From assembly GCA_963665115.1 (NCBI GenBank), contig OY762007.1, forward strand, positions 2,304,001 through 2,368,000: a DNA stretch of 64,000 bases. Reading direction: 5' to 3'. Both the position numbers and the translations under genes were made by a program. Below the pieces are notes generated by a model that was given only the letters and a program-made list of their open reading frames with translations, did no database searches and had not been told where the DNA came from. This DNA comes from an uncultured Rivularia sp. Its GTDB lineage: Bacteria; Cyanobacteriota; Cyanobacteriia; Cyanobacteriales; Nostocaceae. Position 1 is the first letter of the stretch. Each line of letters opens with the position of its first letter. Positions 20,447 to 32,462 of the stretch are shown here, one piece after another.

Positions 20447-23002
20447 ATGAAGAGATTCAAACATTTAATTTTAATACTTTTAATATCATTATTTTTAACT
20501 GTACTATCTCCTGTTTTAGCAACTTCGCAATTTGTTAGCTCTTCCAAAATAGAAAAATTAATCGAACAAGGTAAAATATATTACGATACAGGAAGATTTT
20601 CCGAAGCAATAAGTTTATTAAAACAGGTAGTTTTAAAATATCAAGCTGATGGAGATAAATTAAATCAAGCTATGAGTTTAAGCAATATTTCTTTAGCTTA
20701 TCAAAAATTAGGAAAATGGCAAGAAGCTGAAAAAACGATAAATCTTTCATTTAATTTATTGCAGCATTTACCAAAAAATAAAGTTTACGCTCAATCATTA
20801 GATATAAAAGGAAATTTGCAGTTCGCGAGGGGGCAATTTCAGAACGCGATCGCAACTTGGCAAAATGCAGAAAGGATTTACTCGCAACTGGATTTACAAC
20901 CGGCATTAATTCAATCGCGTATAAATCAAGCTCAAGCGATGCAGGCTTTGGGGCTATTTCTGAAAGCACAAAAGACTTTGATTTCGGTTCGGGAAAGTTT
21001 AAATAAACAACCAAATTCTATTTTAAAATCTATTGGCTTGCGTAGTCTAGGAGATGTTTTCCGAATTATTGGCAATGTGGATGAATCTCAACAAGTTTTG
21101 CTGCAAAGCTTGAATGTAGCATCTTCGATAAAAGCGAATCAACAAATAAGCGAAACTTTAGTCAGTCTGGGAAATACAGTTCGCATTCAACAAGAAGAGG
21201 ACTCTCAAACTTCAGCAATTAAATATTATCGGCAAGCAGCTAATACAGCACCTTCAAATTCTGTTCTACACTTACAAGCTCGATTAAATATTTTGAATTT
21301 GCTTGTAGAAACAGAAAATTTAAATCCTGCGAAACAATTAATTCCTCAAATCGATACTGAATTGCAAAATTTGATTCCCAGCCGTCAATCTATTTACACA
21401 AGGATAAACTTTGCGAAAACTCTGCAAAAATTTCAAGATCAAACTACTATAAAAAAATCTTCGCAGTTGAATATTGCTCGAATATTATCTACAGCAATTC
21501 AACAGGCGAAAACGATTCAAGATAAACGAGCCTTGGCATATGCACTAGGGAATCTTGGCGAAGTTTACGAACAAACCAAACAATACAAAGAAGCCGAGCA
21601 ACTGACTCAAAAAGCCTTAAATATGTCCAATTCTATTAGGGCTGAAGATATTACCTATCAATTACAATGGCAAATGGGAAGATTGTACAAAGAGCAGGGA
21701 GATATTAATAATGCGCTTGAATCTTATCATGCAGCGTGGCAAATTCTCAAATCTTTGCGTAGCGATTTGGTTGCGATAGATTCTAACGTACAATTTTCCT
21801 TCCGCGAGAGTATAGAACCAGTATACAGACAGTACGTCGATCTAATTTTAAAATCCTCCGAAAATAACAAACAAGATCAAAAACAACTTATCGTTGCTCG
21901 TGAAGTCATTGAATCTCTTCAGTTAGCGGAAATCGATAATTTTTTTAATTCTGCTTGTTTTAATACCAAAGTTGTGCTTGATAATATAATTGATAAAGAT
22001 AATTTGAAAGCAGCTATAATTTACCCGATCATTTTACCAGACCGATTGGAAGTTATTATAAAATTACCTCACTCTTCTCTTATAAGCTACTCTACTTCTA
22101 TATCAAAAAATCAGGTAGAAGAAACTATTAAAAAATTACGAAATGATATCGAGGAACGCAAGATTGGTAACGACGATCGAGCGCAGTTTCACAAGTTGTA
22201 TACTTGGTTGCTTCAACCCGCAGAAAAATATTTAGAAAACAATAAAATTGATAGTTTAATTTTTGTACTTGATGGTTATTTACGTAATATCCCTCCTGCG
22301 GCTCTTTACGATGGCAAACAATATTTGATAGAAAAATATAGTATCGCTCTAAGTCCTGGTTTACAACTATACGAATTAAAACCATTGCAAAAAACAAGTT
22401 TGAATGTATTGACGGGTGGATTGAGCGAGGAGCGCTCGAATTTTCCTAAACTTGATTATGTTGAACAAGAATTGCAGCAAATTAAGTCGCACGTATCGGA
22501 TGCCAAAATACTTCTCAACCAAGAATTTACTAGTGATGCTGTTGAAAAACAGGTGAACAAAAAATCATATTCTGTAGTTCACTTAGCAACTCATGGGCAA
22601 TTCAGTTCTAACTTCGATGAAACATTTCTTTTAGCATACGACGAGCGCATTAAAGTCACAAAACTCAGTCAATGGCTCCGTAATCGGGAAGAAAATCGTG
22701 CCAAAGCGATAGAGTTACTAGTTTTAAGTGCTTGCGAAACAGCGACTGGAGATAATGAGGCGGCATTGGGGCTTGCTGGTGTGGCTATTCAAGCAGGTGC
22801 GAGGAGTACAGTTGCATCTTTATGGGCTTTAAATGATGCTTCCACAGCCGAACTAATGGGAAAGTTTTATCAAGAATTAACGAAACCTAATATTACTAAA
22901 GCACAAGCTTTACGCAATGCCCAATTAACTTTATTGAAGCAAGAAGCATATAGTATTCCTTATTTTTGGGCACCTCATATTTTGATCGGAAATTGGCTTT
23001 AG
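20447..23002 (+). CDS. Exported TPR + CHAT (caspase-like) protease
   Basis: Signal peptide, TPR helices, HLATHGQF and VLSACETA catalytic His/Cys motifs. Confidence 0.92.
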   Translation: MKRFKHLILILLISLFLTVLSPVLATSQFVSSSKIEKLIEQGKIYYDTGRFSEAISLLKQVVLKYQADGDKLNQAMSLSNISLAYQKLGKWQEAEKTINLSFNLLQHLPKNKVYAQSLDIKGNLQFARGQFQNAIATWQNAERIYSQLDLQPALIQSRINQAQAMQALGLFLKAQKTLISVRESLNKQPNSILKSIGLRSLGDVFRIIGNVDESQQVLLQSLNVASSIKANQQISETLVSLGNTVRIQQEEDSQTSAIKYYRQAANTAPSNSVLHLQARLNILNLLVETENLNPAKQLIPQIDTELQNLIPSRQSIYTRINFAKTLQKFQDQTTIKKSSQLNIARILSTAIQQAKTIQDKRALAYALGNLGEVYEQTKQYKEAEQLTQKALNMSNSIRAEDITYQLQWQMGRLYKEQGDINNALESYHAAWQILKSLRSDLVAIDSNVQFSFRESIEPVYRQYVDLILKSSENNKQDQKQLIVAREVIESLQLAEIDNFFNSACFNTKVVLDNIIDKDNLKAAIIYPIILPDRLEVIIKLPHSSLISYSTSISKNQVEETIKKLRNDIEERKIGNDDRAQFHKLYTWLLQPAEKYLENNKIDSLIFVLDGYLRNIPPAALYDGKQYLIEKYSIALSPGLQLYELKPLQKTSLNVLTGGLSEERSNFPKLDYVEQELQQIKSHVSDAKILLNQEFTSDAVEKQVNKKSYSVVHLATHGQFSSNFDETFLLAYDERIKVTKLSQWLRNREENRAKAIELLVLSACETATGDNEAALGLAGVAIQAGARSTVASLWALNDASTAELMGKFYQELTKPNITKAQALRNAQLTLLKQEAYSIPYFWAPHILIGNWL

Positions 23003-25683
23003 AGAAAGTGGGGAATAGGGAGTAGGGAGTAGGGAGTAAGGAGTGGGAAGTAAGGAACAAAAAAGGAGAAGGACATAATATGTTGTCAATTATTAGAAGT
23101 CAAAGTTTTTACAATCGATTGGGTTGGATAATGCTGACGGGTATGCTTTTTATTTCACAAAAAGAGCCTGTATTTGCTCAAGTTAAACCAGACAGTAGTT
23201 TGCCATCGAATTCCCAGATAAATCAACAAGGAAATATTTACAATATCACTGGTGGAACTCGATCGGGAAACAATCTTTTTCACAGCTTTGAAAAGTTTGG
23301 AATTCCGTCGGGTGGTGAAGCTTATTTCAATAATCCAGTTGAGATTCAAAATATTATTAATCGAGTTACGGGTAAGTCAATATCAGAGATTAATGGTTTA
23401 ATTCGTGCTAACGGTACTGCTAATTTATTTTTAATTAATCCTAACGGCATTGTATTGGGTGAAAATGCCAAACTTGATATTGGTGGTTCTTTTATAGGCA
23501 GTACGGCTGATAGTTTTAAATTTAAGAATGGTAAGGAATTTAGTGCAATAAATCCTGAAGATAAGCCGCTGTTGAGCGTAAATGTGCCTTTGGGTTTGCA
23601 GTATGGGAAGAATCCTGGAAATATTGAAATTAAAGGTAAAGGTGATACGCAAAGAAACACACGAGAAGTATTTGAGCCAAAATCCGGCTTGCAAGTTCCT
23701 GTTAATAATACGCTAGCTTTGCTCGGTGGTGATGTTTTACTTGAAGGTGCGACGTTAAAAGCTAGTGGCGGAAGAATTGAATTAACTAGCCTCACAGGAG
23801 AAGGTTTAGTTAGTGTTTTACCTGTGGAAAAAGGTTTCAAATTCGGTTTTGAGAAATTGGATAATTTTGGGAAAATTGAACTATCTCGAAATACGGCAGT
23901 TGATGCTAATGGAAATGGCGCAGGTGATGTGTGGGTGACGGGTAAAAATGTCACTCTTGCAGATAGTTTCTGTAATTTCATCAACTCAAACTGGTACTGA
24001 AAAAGGTATGGGTATCGTAGTTAATGCCACCGAAAAGTTATATATCAATGGTATAAATGATACTTTCATGACTAGCGGTTTATACGCTAATAACGTTAGT
24101 GGAAATGCAATAATAGAAACGGGCAATATAGCGGTTAATACTCAGCAGTTAATAGTCCGAGATGGAGCTACCATTGCTACTAATACTTACAGTGATGGTA
24201 AAGGCGGAAATATCAATATTAAAGCGTCGAATTTGAGAATTGAAAATGGGGCTGTTGTTAGCGCGATCGTCAAGAGTTCTGGTAATGGCGGAAATATAGA
24301 TATTAATTCAGCACAGGTGCAAGTTATTGGAGTTGGAAATAATAATAATTTTAGTGAATTAAGTGTTTCTGCAAAGGAAAATTCAACAGGAAATACAGGA
24401 AATTTGAAGATTAACACTAATAATTTGCAGGTTGAAGATGGCGCATCTATCATAACTGCTACATTTGGTGAAGGCAATGGTGGAGATATGACAATTAATG
24501 CTACTTCTAAAATAGAATTGACTGGTCAAGGTGGCAACGAAAATGAATTTCCTAGTGCCTTATTTATTGTTGCAGAAAAACCTTCAACGGGAGATTCTGG
24601 TTCTTTAACTATTAATACAAAACAAATGCTTGTACAGAATGGAGCATTTGTTAGTGTTAGTAATAATGCTTCAGGCGGTGCAGGAGATTTGAAGATTACT
24701 ACTGATAATTTAATAATAAAAGATAATGCTCGTTTTTTTACAGGTAGAGTTAGTGAGGGTAAAGCAATCGGAGACTTAAGTATTAAAACTAATCATTTGC
24801 TTGTTGCAGGTGGCTCAACTGTAAAAGCTGGTACATCTGGTGAAGGTGGAAATTTGAATATTGATGCTCAATATGTACAAGTTATTGGTACGGGCAACGA
24901 TGGTAATACTCCTAGCTCTTTAACCTTATCGGCATCGCTAGGAAATAAGGGGAGTATAAATCTTAACGCTAAACGATTGCTAATTAAAGACGGAGCATCA
25001 GTGTCTGCTGGTACATCTAATGCAGGTGATGGAGGAAATTTGATTATCAATGCTCAGGATGTGCAAATCGTTGGAAAAGGCGGTAACGATCCTAAAAATA
25101 AAAATTTGCCATATCCGAGTGGTATATTTGTTCCAACAGAAGAGTTTGCAACCGGGGATGCAGGCAATTTGATTATTAATGCTAAACGAATGCTCGTACA
25201 AGATGGAGCATTTGTTAGTAGTGCTAGTAATGGTAGAGGCAATGGAGGAGATTTAATTATTAATGCCTCTCGCTTACAAGTGCAAGATGAGTCATCTGTA
25301 ATTTCTGGAACAAAGCGTAAAGGTACGGGTGGAAATTTAAAGATTACTGCTAATAGCGTGCTAGTTGAAGATGGAGCAAAAGTTAATGCTGGTACATCTG
25401 GTACGGGTAATGCAGGAAATTTGAATATTAATTCCGATACTATACGAGTTATAGATAAAGCTCAAGTTGCTGTAGAAAGTACGGGAACGGGAAATGCAGG
25501 TATCTTAACATTAGATGCTCGTTCTATCAGTTTAGATCGCAAAGCTTCACTTAATGCTAGTACGCAAAGTGCAGATTCTAATAATGAACAGGCAACAATT
25601 ATTATTAATAACGCACGGGATTTAATTCGTATCCGCTCAAAAAAATGGGGTAAAGGTACACCTTGCGTCGTAGAATATGAAGC

Positions 25684-27372
25684 ATGACGCAAAAACGATC
25701 ATCTAAAAAATTAGTCACAGCATTATTGCAATCAATCGACCCAAAACAGATTGCAGACGAGGACGTGCGTCAAACGGTAGAAGTATTACTCAACTTAATA
25801 GAACAGCTAAATGTAAAAATCAAAGAATTAGAAGAAGAAAATCAAAAACTACGTGATGAAAACAACCGCTTAAAAGGTGAACAAGGTAAACCAGACATCA
25901 AAGCGAATAAAAACAAAGGGTTTAAGAAAAACTATTCATCAGAAAAAGAACGAAAAATAGCAAAAGAACACAGTAAAGCAAGTAAAAACGAGTCTATCAA
26001 GATAAACCGAGAAGAGATTGTAGTTTACCCACAAGAACAATTACCAGCAGACGCACAGTTCAAGGGTTATGAGGAAGTAGTAGTCCAAGACATTTTACTT
26101 AAGCCAGATAACATACTGTTCCGCAAGCAAAAATACTACTCACCAGAAACAGGAAAAACTTATTTAGCGGAACTACCAACAGGTTACGAAGGTGAATTTG
26201 GTCCAGGAGTAAAAGCTTTGGTCATGAGTCTATATTATGGTGGAAACATGACCCAAGGGAAGTTATTAGAATTTTTAGAAGATATTGGTATCTCGATTAG
26301 TGCAGGAACAATATCAAATTTATTAATTAAAAACCAAGAATATTTTGAAGCTGAATACGAAGAAGTATACAAGGAAGGGTTAGCCAGCAGTCCTTGGCAA
26401 CACTTTGACCAAACAGGTGCGCGTGTTGCAGGAGTGAACCATACAACAAATGTGATTTGTAACCCCTTGTACACAATTTACCAAACAACGCGATACAAAG
26501 ACCGTTTGACTGTATTAAAAGTATTTCAAAACACAACCGAACTCTCCTTTGTTCTCAACGAGATGACCTATGAACTTTTGGAGACTTTTAAAGTTCCAAT
26601 TAAGTGGGTTAATAAACTAAAATTACTATCTCAACAGAAGGCTTTTACCGAAACTGAGTTTAATTTTTTGATTGGTGAGTACTTAAGTAGACTTGGTTCT
26701 CAACACCGTTCTCGCATATATGAATCGGCAGCAATTGCTTTTTATCATCAGCAATCAACTGTACCAGTAATTACAACTCTAGTATGCGATGATGCTCCGC
26801 AGTTCAAGTTAATAACATCGGATTTGGCTCTTTGTTGGGTGCATGAAGGACGACATTATAAGAAATTAAGTCCGCTTATACCTTGCCATCAAAAACTTTT
26901 AGATAATTTTCTAGAAAGATTCTGGGAATATTACAGAAAATTATTATCTTATCGAGATTCTCCAAGTTGGGATAAAGCTCACGAACTAGAAATGGAATTT
27001 TGGACACTTTTTACAGAAAAAAGTGGTTATCAACAGTTAGATGAGCGAAAACGATTAACTACTTTGAAAGTAAACGAGTTGCTTCTCGTGTTGGAGCATC
27101 CAGAATTACTATTGCATAACAACCCTGCCGAATTAGCTGCTAGGACTATGGTACAACGACGTAACATCAGTTACGCAACCCAGACAAAACAAGGCACAAA
27201 AGCGTGGGATGTTTTTATGTCCCTTGTTGACACTACTCGTAAGTTGGGTATCAGTTTTTATGAGTATATGCGTGACCGCATTTCTCAAGTTGAAAATATT
27301 CCATCTTTGGGGACAATTATTCGGAAGAAATCTTCTTCTAATTCCTATGGTTGGTCATGGATGCCTCAATAA
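25684..27372 (+). CDS. IS66-family DDE transposase
   Basis: N-terminal coiled coil; HFDQTG, VCDDA, CWVHEGRH, HNNPAELAAR. Confidence 0.88.
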   Translation: MTQKRSSKKLVTALLQSIDPKQIADEDVRQTVEVLLNLIEQLNVKIKELEEENQKLRDENNRLKGEQGKPDIKANKNKGFKKNYSSEKERKIAKEHSKASKNESIKINREEIVVYPQEQLPADAQFKGYEEVVVQDILLKPDNILFRKQKYYSPETGKTYLAELPTGYEGEFGPGVKALVMSLYYGGNMTQGKLLEFLEDIGISISAGTISNLLIKNQEYFEAEYEEVYKEGLASSPWQHFDQTGARVAGVNHTTNVICNPLYTIYQTTRYKDRLTVLKVFQNTTELSFVLNEMTYELLETFKVPIKWVNKLKLLSQQKAFTETEFNFLIGEYLSRLGSQHRSRIYESAAIAFYHQQSTVPVITTLVCDDAPQFKLITSDLALCWVHEGRHYKKLSPLIPCHQKLLDNFLERFWEYYRKLLSYRDSPSWDKAHELEMEFWTLFTEKSGYQQLDERKRLTTLKVNELLLVLEHPELLLHNNPAELAARTMVQRRNISYATQTKQGTKAWDVFMSLVDTTRKLGISFYEYMRDRISQVENIPSLGTIIRKKSSSNSYGWSWMPQ

Positions 27373-27583
27373 CACCCCTGTATATTAAGACTGTGCTAAA
27401 CCCTCATATCCTTGGTTGTAGAATACTGTAAAGTGCATGGATTAACCACATCTATTTCTTCATAGTTTTTATAAGCGATTGAAACTTTTTTAGTTACTTT
27501 GATAGCATATTTACAATTTACCTTATTTGCAACTTCCGCTATTAATCAATTTCTTGATTTTGATTATTTTTATTTATTTGTTG

Positions 27584-27743
27584 CTCTCACGAGAGATCCA
27601 GCAACTGGGGAAGATTTGGCGGCGACAGCGGAGTGCCAGGTGGGGGCACGATTATTTTCTGTGCCTATGTAAAATCTATCTGCCCCTACCTGGTACCGTC
27701 AAATCAGCGTAGCGGTTCCCCAGTTGCGCCGCTGCTTTTTTTT
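27584..27743 (+). ncRNA. Candidate structured RNA in IS right end
   Basis: Three nested helices (12, 10 and 15 bp) with G-U pairs only on the + strand, followed by T8. Confidence 0.5.
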
Positions 27744-28563
27744 ATCGTAGTTGACATTCAAGACAGCCGATACCCCGAAATTTTGAGGGGATACTTTAAT
27801 TCTACGTCGTGGTAGCAATATAACAACCAACGCCAAAGGTGAAAATGTCCGAGGTGGAAATATTAATATTGATAGCGAGATCGTAGCTGCCATTCCCGAT
27901 GAAAATAGCGATATTAGCGCTAATTCTGAAAACTTCCGTGGTGGTAATATTAAAATAGAAGCTCAAGGTATCTTTGGCACACAATTTAGAGAAAAACCCA
28001 CTTCCGAAAGCCATATTACAGCCACAGGTGCAAGTCAAGATTTAAGCGGTACCGTAGAAATTGAGACTCCCGATATCAATTCTACTAATGAATTATCAGA
28101 TTTACCCTCCATACCTATAAATAATAAGTTAGCCCAAGGCTGCTATAGTCCTGGTTATGCTCAAAATCAATTTTTTATAGTTGGGCGTGGTGGTTTACCA
28201 CCTTTACCGGAAGATTTCCTAACACCTTCAGCAGTGCGAGTTGACTGGGTAAGCCCTGATAAAAATGGCGAAACCAGTTTATTAAATAGAAATATTGAAG
28301 TCAAAACAACTATAGAAAAACCCAGACGTATTGTAGAAGCTACAGGTTGGATAAAAAACGATAAAGGTGAAATCATATTTACAGCAGATGCACCTGTAGC
28401 TACATCTAATAACTTTATAGAGAAAACGAAAAATTGTGAATTGGGAAGTAGGGAGTAGTGAAAAAACGTGTATGTTTCCCCTAAAAGTCTTGTTTAATTA
28501 ACATTTTGCACCATTGGTGTTAAATCCGAATTCCCGCCTTGAAATCAATTAAGGGAGCATAAT

Positions 28564-31500
28564 ATGCTAATGAATATTAAAAAACCAAGCCGCAATCGAT
28601 TGGGTTGGATAATGCTGACGCTGAGTATGCTTTTTATTTCACACAAAGAAGCAGCTTTTGCTCAAGTTAAACCAGACAGTAGTTTGCCATCGAATTCTCA
28701 AGTCAATCGACAAGGAAATATTTACAATATCACTGGTGGAACTCAATCGGGAAACAATCTTTTTCACAGTTTTGAAAAATTTGGAGTTCCGAATGGTGGT
28801 GAAGCTTATTTTAATAATGCAGTTGAGATTCAAAATATTATTAATCGAGTTACAGGTAAGTCAATATCAGAGATTAATGGTTTAATTCGTGCTAACGGTA
28901 CGGCTAATTTATTTTTGATAAATCCCAACGGTATTGTATTTGGTGAAAATGCCAAGCTTGATATTGGTGGTTCTTTTATAGGCAGTACGGCTGATAGTTT
29001 TAAATTTAATAATGGTAAGGAATTTAGTGCAATAAATCCTCAAGATAAGCCGTTGTTAAGCATAAATGTTCCTTTGGGTTTGCAGTATGGGAAGAATCAA
29101 ACAGGTAATATTACTAATTCAGGTAATCTGAGCGTTAATAATGGTAAAAGTATTACTCTTATTGGCAATAGTTTTGAAAATATAGGAAAAATAAAAACTG
29201 ATGGAGGACAAATATCTATAGCTGCGATCGGAAATGAAGGTTTTGCAACTTTAGGAGAATCTGGAGAATTATTAAATCTGGAATTTCAATCTGAAGATAC
29301 TGTTAATGGCAATGCAAATAATTTTGGAACCGTTATCAATAAAGGTAATATTGATGCTTCAATACAAGCGGGAATAGGTGGTAAAATAATTGTAGTGGGA
29401 GAAAGAATTGGTTTATTAGATAACTCGTTATTCGACGTTTCAGGAAGTGTGGGGGGCGGTGAAGTAAAAGTTGGAAATAATAATACAATTGCAGCTTATA
29501 TTGACCCAAAAGCATCTATAAAAGCTGATGCATTAATTGCAGGAAACGGCGGTAAAATTACGGTTTCGGCTACAGAATTAACTCGCGTGCATGGAAGTTT
29601 CAGCGCCAAAGGTGGTTTAAACAACGGGAATGGTGGTTTGGTTGAAAATAGGGGAAATGATTTTTTAGATATTACGGGTATATCTGTTGATACCAATGCG
29701 AATAATGGCTTGAATGGTAACTGGTTGCTTAACTCAGGTAATATATTCTTTGGTTCGCGAAACAATATTAATCCTACATTTAACAATAATAATTCTGCAA
29801 TTTTTCAACCAGCTAAAGCGGAGACAGTATTAGATGTTTCCACTATAGAGAAGCAGTTAAGTGCGGGAAATAATATCACAATTACAGCGAGTGAGACAGG
29901 AAGTGAAGTAGGAAATATTACAGCAGATAGAATTGATATTGCAGCACTAAATAATACTCCAGTCAGATTAACGCTTCAAGCCGATAACAATATTACTTTG
30001 TCAAAAGGTAATATCCAATCTACGAATAATCGCTTGGGTATGGTGTTGCAGGCAGATAGCGATAAAAACGGTTCAGGTAATATTAACCTTGGTAACGGAA
30101 GCCCACGAAGTTTTGAAATTGATACAAGTGGTGAAAAATTCACTGCATCCGCATCTGGTTCTATTTCATTTTCTGGTGCTGAGATTAAAAGTAGTAATAC
30201 GGAGGCAAAAGATTCAGAAACAATCGCGATCGCCACAGCAGGTTCTGTTATAGTTGAAAATAGCGGTATTATAAAAAAAGTATTTGCTTCGGGCAACAAT
30301 GGCGATATTTATATCGATGCAGACGCACTTTATCTACAGGGCGGAATTGAAAACAATACCAAAGTTAAGAGTAATGGGAATGCTGGAAGAATAAATATTA
30401 ATGTCAAATCTTTATCGATAACAAAGGGCGCTATAAATAATGTTACTGAAGGTAATGGTAATAGTGGTTCGACAATCATTGAAACAGAAAATTTTTTATT
30501 AAAAGAAGGTATAATTAGAAGCATTACAAAAGGTATTGGAAATGCTGGAGAAATTATTGTAAATTCTAATTCAGTTTCATTAGAAAACGGTAGTTTGTTC
30601 GCGAGAACTGAAGGTAATAGCGACGGTGGGAGTATCTCTGTGAATGCAAAACAGAAGATATTTATTGGAAATCGTGGTGGTTTAAATAGCAACTCTAATG
30701 GGCAAGGTAATGCTGGTAATATAACTGTAAATAGTGGTTCCTTAGTATTAAAAGATGATTCGACAATTACTTCTAATGCAAAAGAATTAAGCTCTCAAGG
30801 AAATGCAGGAAATATAAAAATTAATGCCGATTCTATTTTTTTGCTAGATAGTACGATCGAAGCAATCGCAAATCGTGGAGATGCAGGAGAAGTAATTCTT
30901 AAAGCCGATAACATTACTTTAAAAAATAGTTCTAATATTTCCACAAGTACCATAGATAATTCTATAAGTAATGCTGGGAAGATTGAAGTTATAGCTAAAT
31001 CTATTTTATTCGAGAACGAACCTGAATTTAAAAACAAAGATAACGAACCTAAAATAATTAATAGTTTGGGCAGTGTCACTAATGGCAAAGGTGATGCTGG
31101 GGAAATAACAATAGAAGCAGAAGAGATTATTTTGAAAAATAGAGGAGGAATTGGAATTGATACAAAAAATGAAGGCAATGCCGGTAAACTTACTATTAAT
31201 ACCTCTTTATTACAATTAGAAAACTCGCGAGTGCAAGATAACGCAGGGATAAATAGTAGTTCGAGTGGTTCTGGTAAGGCTGGGGAACTTACTATCAATG
31301 CGGACAGAATATTATTAGATAAAAGCGATATTGAAGCTCAAACTGAATCGGGAGATGGCGGTAATATTATCCTTAACTTGAAAGAACTTCTTCTATTACG
31401 TAATGGTAGCCGAATTTCTACTACGGCAGGCACGGCAGGTGGAGGGGGAAATGGCGGTAATATTGAAATTAATGCCCCTGATGGTTTCGTAGTTGCTATC

Positions 31501-32052
31501 CCGAATGAAAACAGCGATATTACCGCGAATGCTTTTGAAGGTGAAGGTGGTAATATTAAAATCACCGCTTCTGGTATATTCGGTATTCAAATTCGAGAAA
31601 ATCTAACTAAAAAAATTAGCGATATCAGTGCGAGTTCCGAGTTAGGTATAGACGGTACCGTTGAAATTAATACTCCCGATCTAAACCCTAATAATGAATT
31701 AGCCGAGTTACCATCTATACCTATTTACAGTCAATTAGCCCAAGGCTGCTATAGTCCAGGTTATGCTCAAAATCAATTTTTTGTAGTTGGGCGCGGTGGT
31801 TTACCGCCTTTACCTGAAGATTATCTTACACCTTCGGCAGTGCGAGTTGACTGGATAAATCCTCAACAAAATAGCAAAAACAATTTGCCTAATACAGATA
31901 TTGAAGTCAAAACAACTACAGAAAAACCCAAACGTATTGTAGAAGCTACGGGATGGATAACCAACGATAAAGGTGAAATTATATTCACAGCAAATGCACC
32001 TGTAGCTACAGCAGATAGTTCTATGCAGCAAGCTCAAAACTGTGAATTTTAA
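28564..32052 (+). CDS. Filamentous-haemagglutinin (TpsA-like) protein 2, intact
   Basis: Signal peptide, TPS domain, GNAGxIxI beta-helix-type repeats, C-terminal GRGGLP..EATGW domain. Confidence 0.92.
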   Translation: MLMNIKKPSRNRLGWIMLTLSMLFISHKEAAFAQVKPDSSLPSNSQVNRQGNIYNITGGTQSGNNLFHSFEKFGVPNGGEAYFNNAVEIQNIINRVTGKSISEINGLIRANGTANLFLINPNGIVFGENAKLDIGGSFIGSTADSFKFNNGKEFSAINPQDKPLLSINVPLGLQYGKNQTGNITNSGNLSVNNGKSITLIGNSFENIGKIKTDGGQISIAAIGNEGFATLGESGELLNLEFQSEDTVNGNANNFGTVINKGNIDASIQAGIGGKIIVVGERIGLLDNSLFDVSGSVGGGEVKVGNNNTIAAYIDPKASIKADALIAGNGGKITVSATELTRVHGSFSAKGGLNNGNGGLVENRGNDFLDITGISVDTNANNGLNGNWLLNSGNIFFGSRNNINPTFNNNNSAIFQPAKAETVLDVSTIEKQLSAGNNITITASETGSEVGNITADRIDIAALNNTPVRLTLQADNNITLSKGNIQSTNNRLGMVLQADSDKNGSGNINLGNGSPRSFEIDTSGEKFTASASGSISFSGAEIKSSNTEAKDSETIAIATAGSVIVENSGIIKKVFASGNNGDIYIDADALYLQGGIENNTKVKSNGNAGRININVKSLSITKGAINNVTEGNGNSGSTIIETENFLLKEGIIRSITKGIGNAGEIIVNSNSVSLENGSLFARTEGNSDGGSISVNAKQKIFIGNRGGLNSNSNGQGNAGNITVNSGSLVLKDDSTITSNAKELSSQGNAGNIKINADSIFLLDSTIEAIANRGDAGEVILKADNITLKNSSNISTSTIDNSISNAGKIEVIAKSILFENEPEFKNKDNEPKIINSLGSVTNGKGDAGEITIEAEEIILKNRGGIGIDTKNEGNAGKLTINTSLLQLENSRVQDNAGINSSSSGSGKAGELTINADRILLDKSDIEAQTESGDGGNIILNLKELLLLRNGSRISTTAGTAGGGGNGGNIEINAPDGFVVAIPNENSDITANAFEGEGGNIKITASGIFGIQIRENLTKKISDISASSELGIDGTVEINTPDLNPNNELAELPSIPIYSQLAQGCYSPGYAQNQFFVVGRGGLPPLPEDYLTPSAVRVDWINPQQNSKNNLPNTDIEVKTTTEKPKRIVEATGWITNDKGEIIFTANAPVATADSSMQQAQNCEF

Positions 32053-32198
32053 AGAAAGTGCTGGCGTTAAATCAACAACACCTGTTCGCAAAATCTCCGA
32101 ATCGAAACTTCCAAAAAATAATTTATCCTGCCGTAGAAAGTATCTTGCTCCCTGGATGCCTCAAGCTAGCTTTCCGCGCTCGCACTATCCAATCTGCG

Positions 32199-32321
32199 AC
32201 TTCACCACATAAGTTATGCGGGGGATAAGTAGTGGGAGCCGGAAAACTCGCTCGTCATCTCCAGGGAGCGAGACGCTCCCACTACAAATGTATTACCCAG
32301 CCTTCATTAATGTGGTGAAGT
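32199..32321. mobile_element. MITE-like element containing a REP pair
   Basis: 12-bp IR ACTTCACCACAT/ATGTGGTGAAGT around GTAGTGGGAGC..GCTCCCACTAC; right half recurs at ~59437-59526. Confidence 0.65.
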
Positions 32322-32322
32322 A

Positions 32323-32433
32323 CTAGTACCGCTTCGCGGAAGTAAGAAGTAAGAAGTAAGAAGTAATAAGTTTGATTTTCTAGTCTTTTCAGCCATTTTT
32401 AATGGTTGCCTTATTTACGCCGATTTGTACTAG
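32323..32433. mobile_element. CTAG-ended MITE-like element with internal heptamer repeats
   Basis: CTAGTAC...GTACTAG ends; (GAAGTAA)n inside. Confidence 0.5.
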
Positions 32434-32462
32434 ATTGAATATTTTGTAATTTGGAAGTCTCT

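Larger units (their letters stand above)
25629..27794 (+). mobile_element. IS66-family insertion sequence, single-ORF (ISBst12-like) type
   Basis: Imperfect terminal IRs GTATCCGCTCAAAA / TTTTGAGGGGATAC; 8-bp target duplication TTTAATTC at 25621-25628 and 27795-27802. Confidence 0.92.
23080..28458 (+). pseudogene. Filamentous-haemagglutinin (TpsA-like) gene 1, disrupted by a +1 frameshift (~23968) and an IS insertion (25629-27794)
   Basis: NLFHSF/INPNGI TPS domain; removing the IS restores ...ARDLILRRGSNITTNA... in frame to the stop at 28458. Confidence 0.9.

Noticed and set aside
23960..23975. Programmed frameshift in TpsA-like gene 1
   Set aside because: Only a T3 run with no slippery heptamer; the gene is IS-disrupted anyway; mutation or sequencing error is more likely
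27601..27727. Cobalamin riboswitch (GCAACTG) or hammerhead ribozyme
   Set aside because: Remaining conserved cores not found by eye; a formal Rfam search is still needed
27527..27893. Small ORFs as IS66 accessory tnpA/tnpB genes
   Set aside because: No resemblance to those proteins; the segment is better explained by base-paired structure and the terminal IR
18574..32091. Numerous antisense ORFs over ELWxxDGT and TpsA-like genes
   Set aside because: Shadow frames of repetitive Gly/Asn-rich coding sequence
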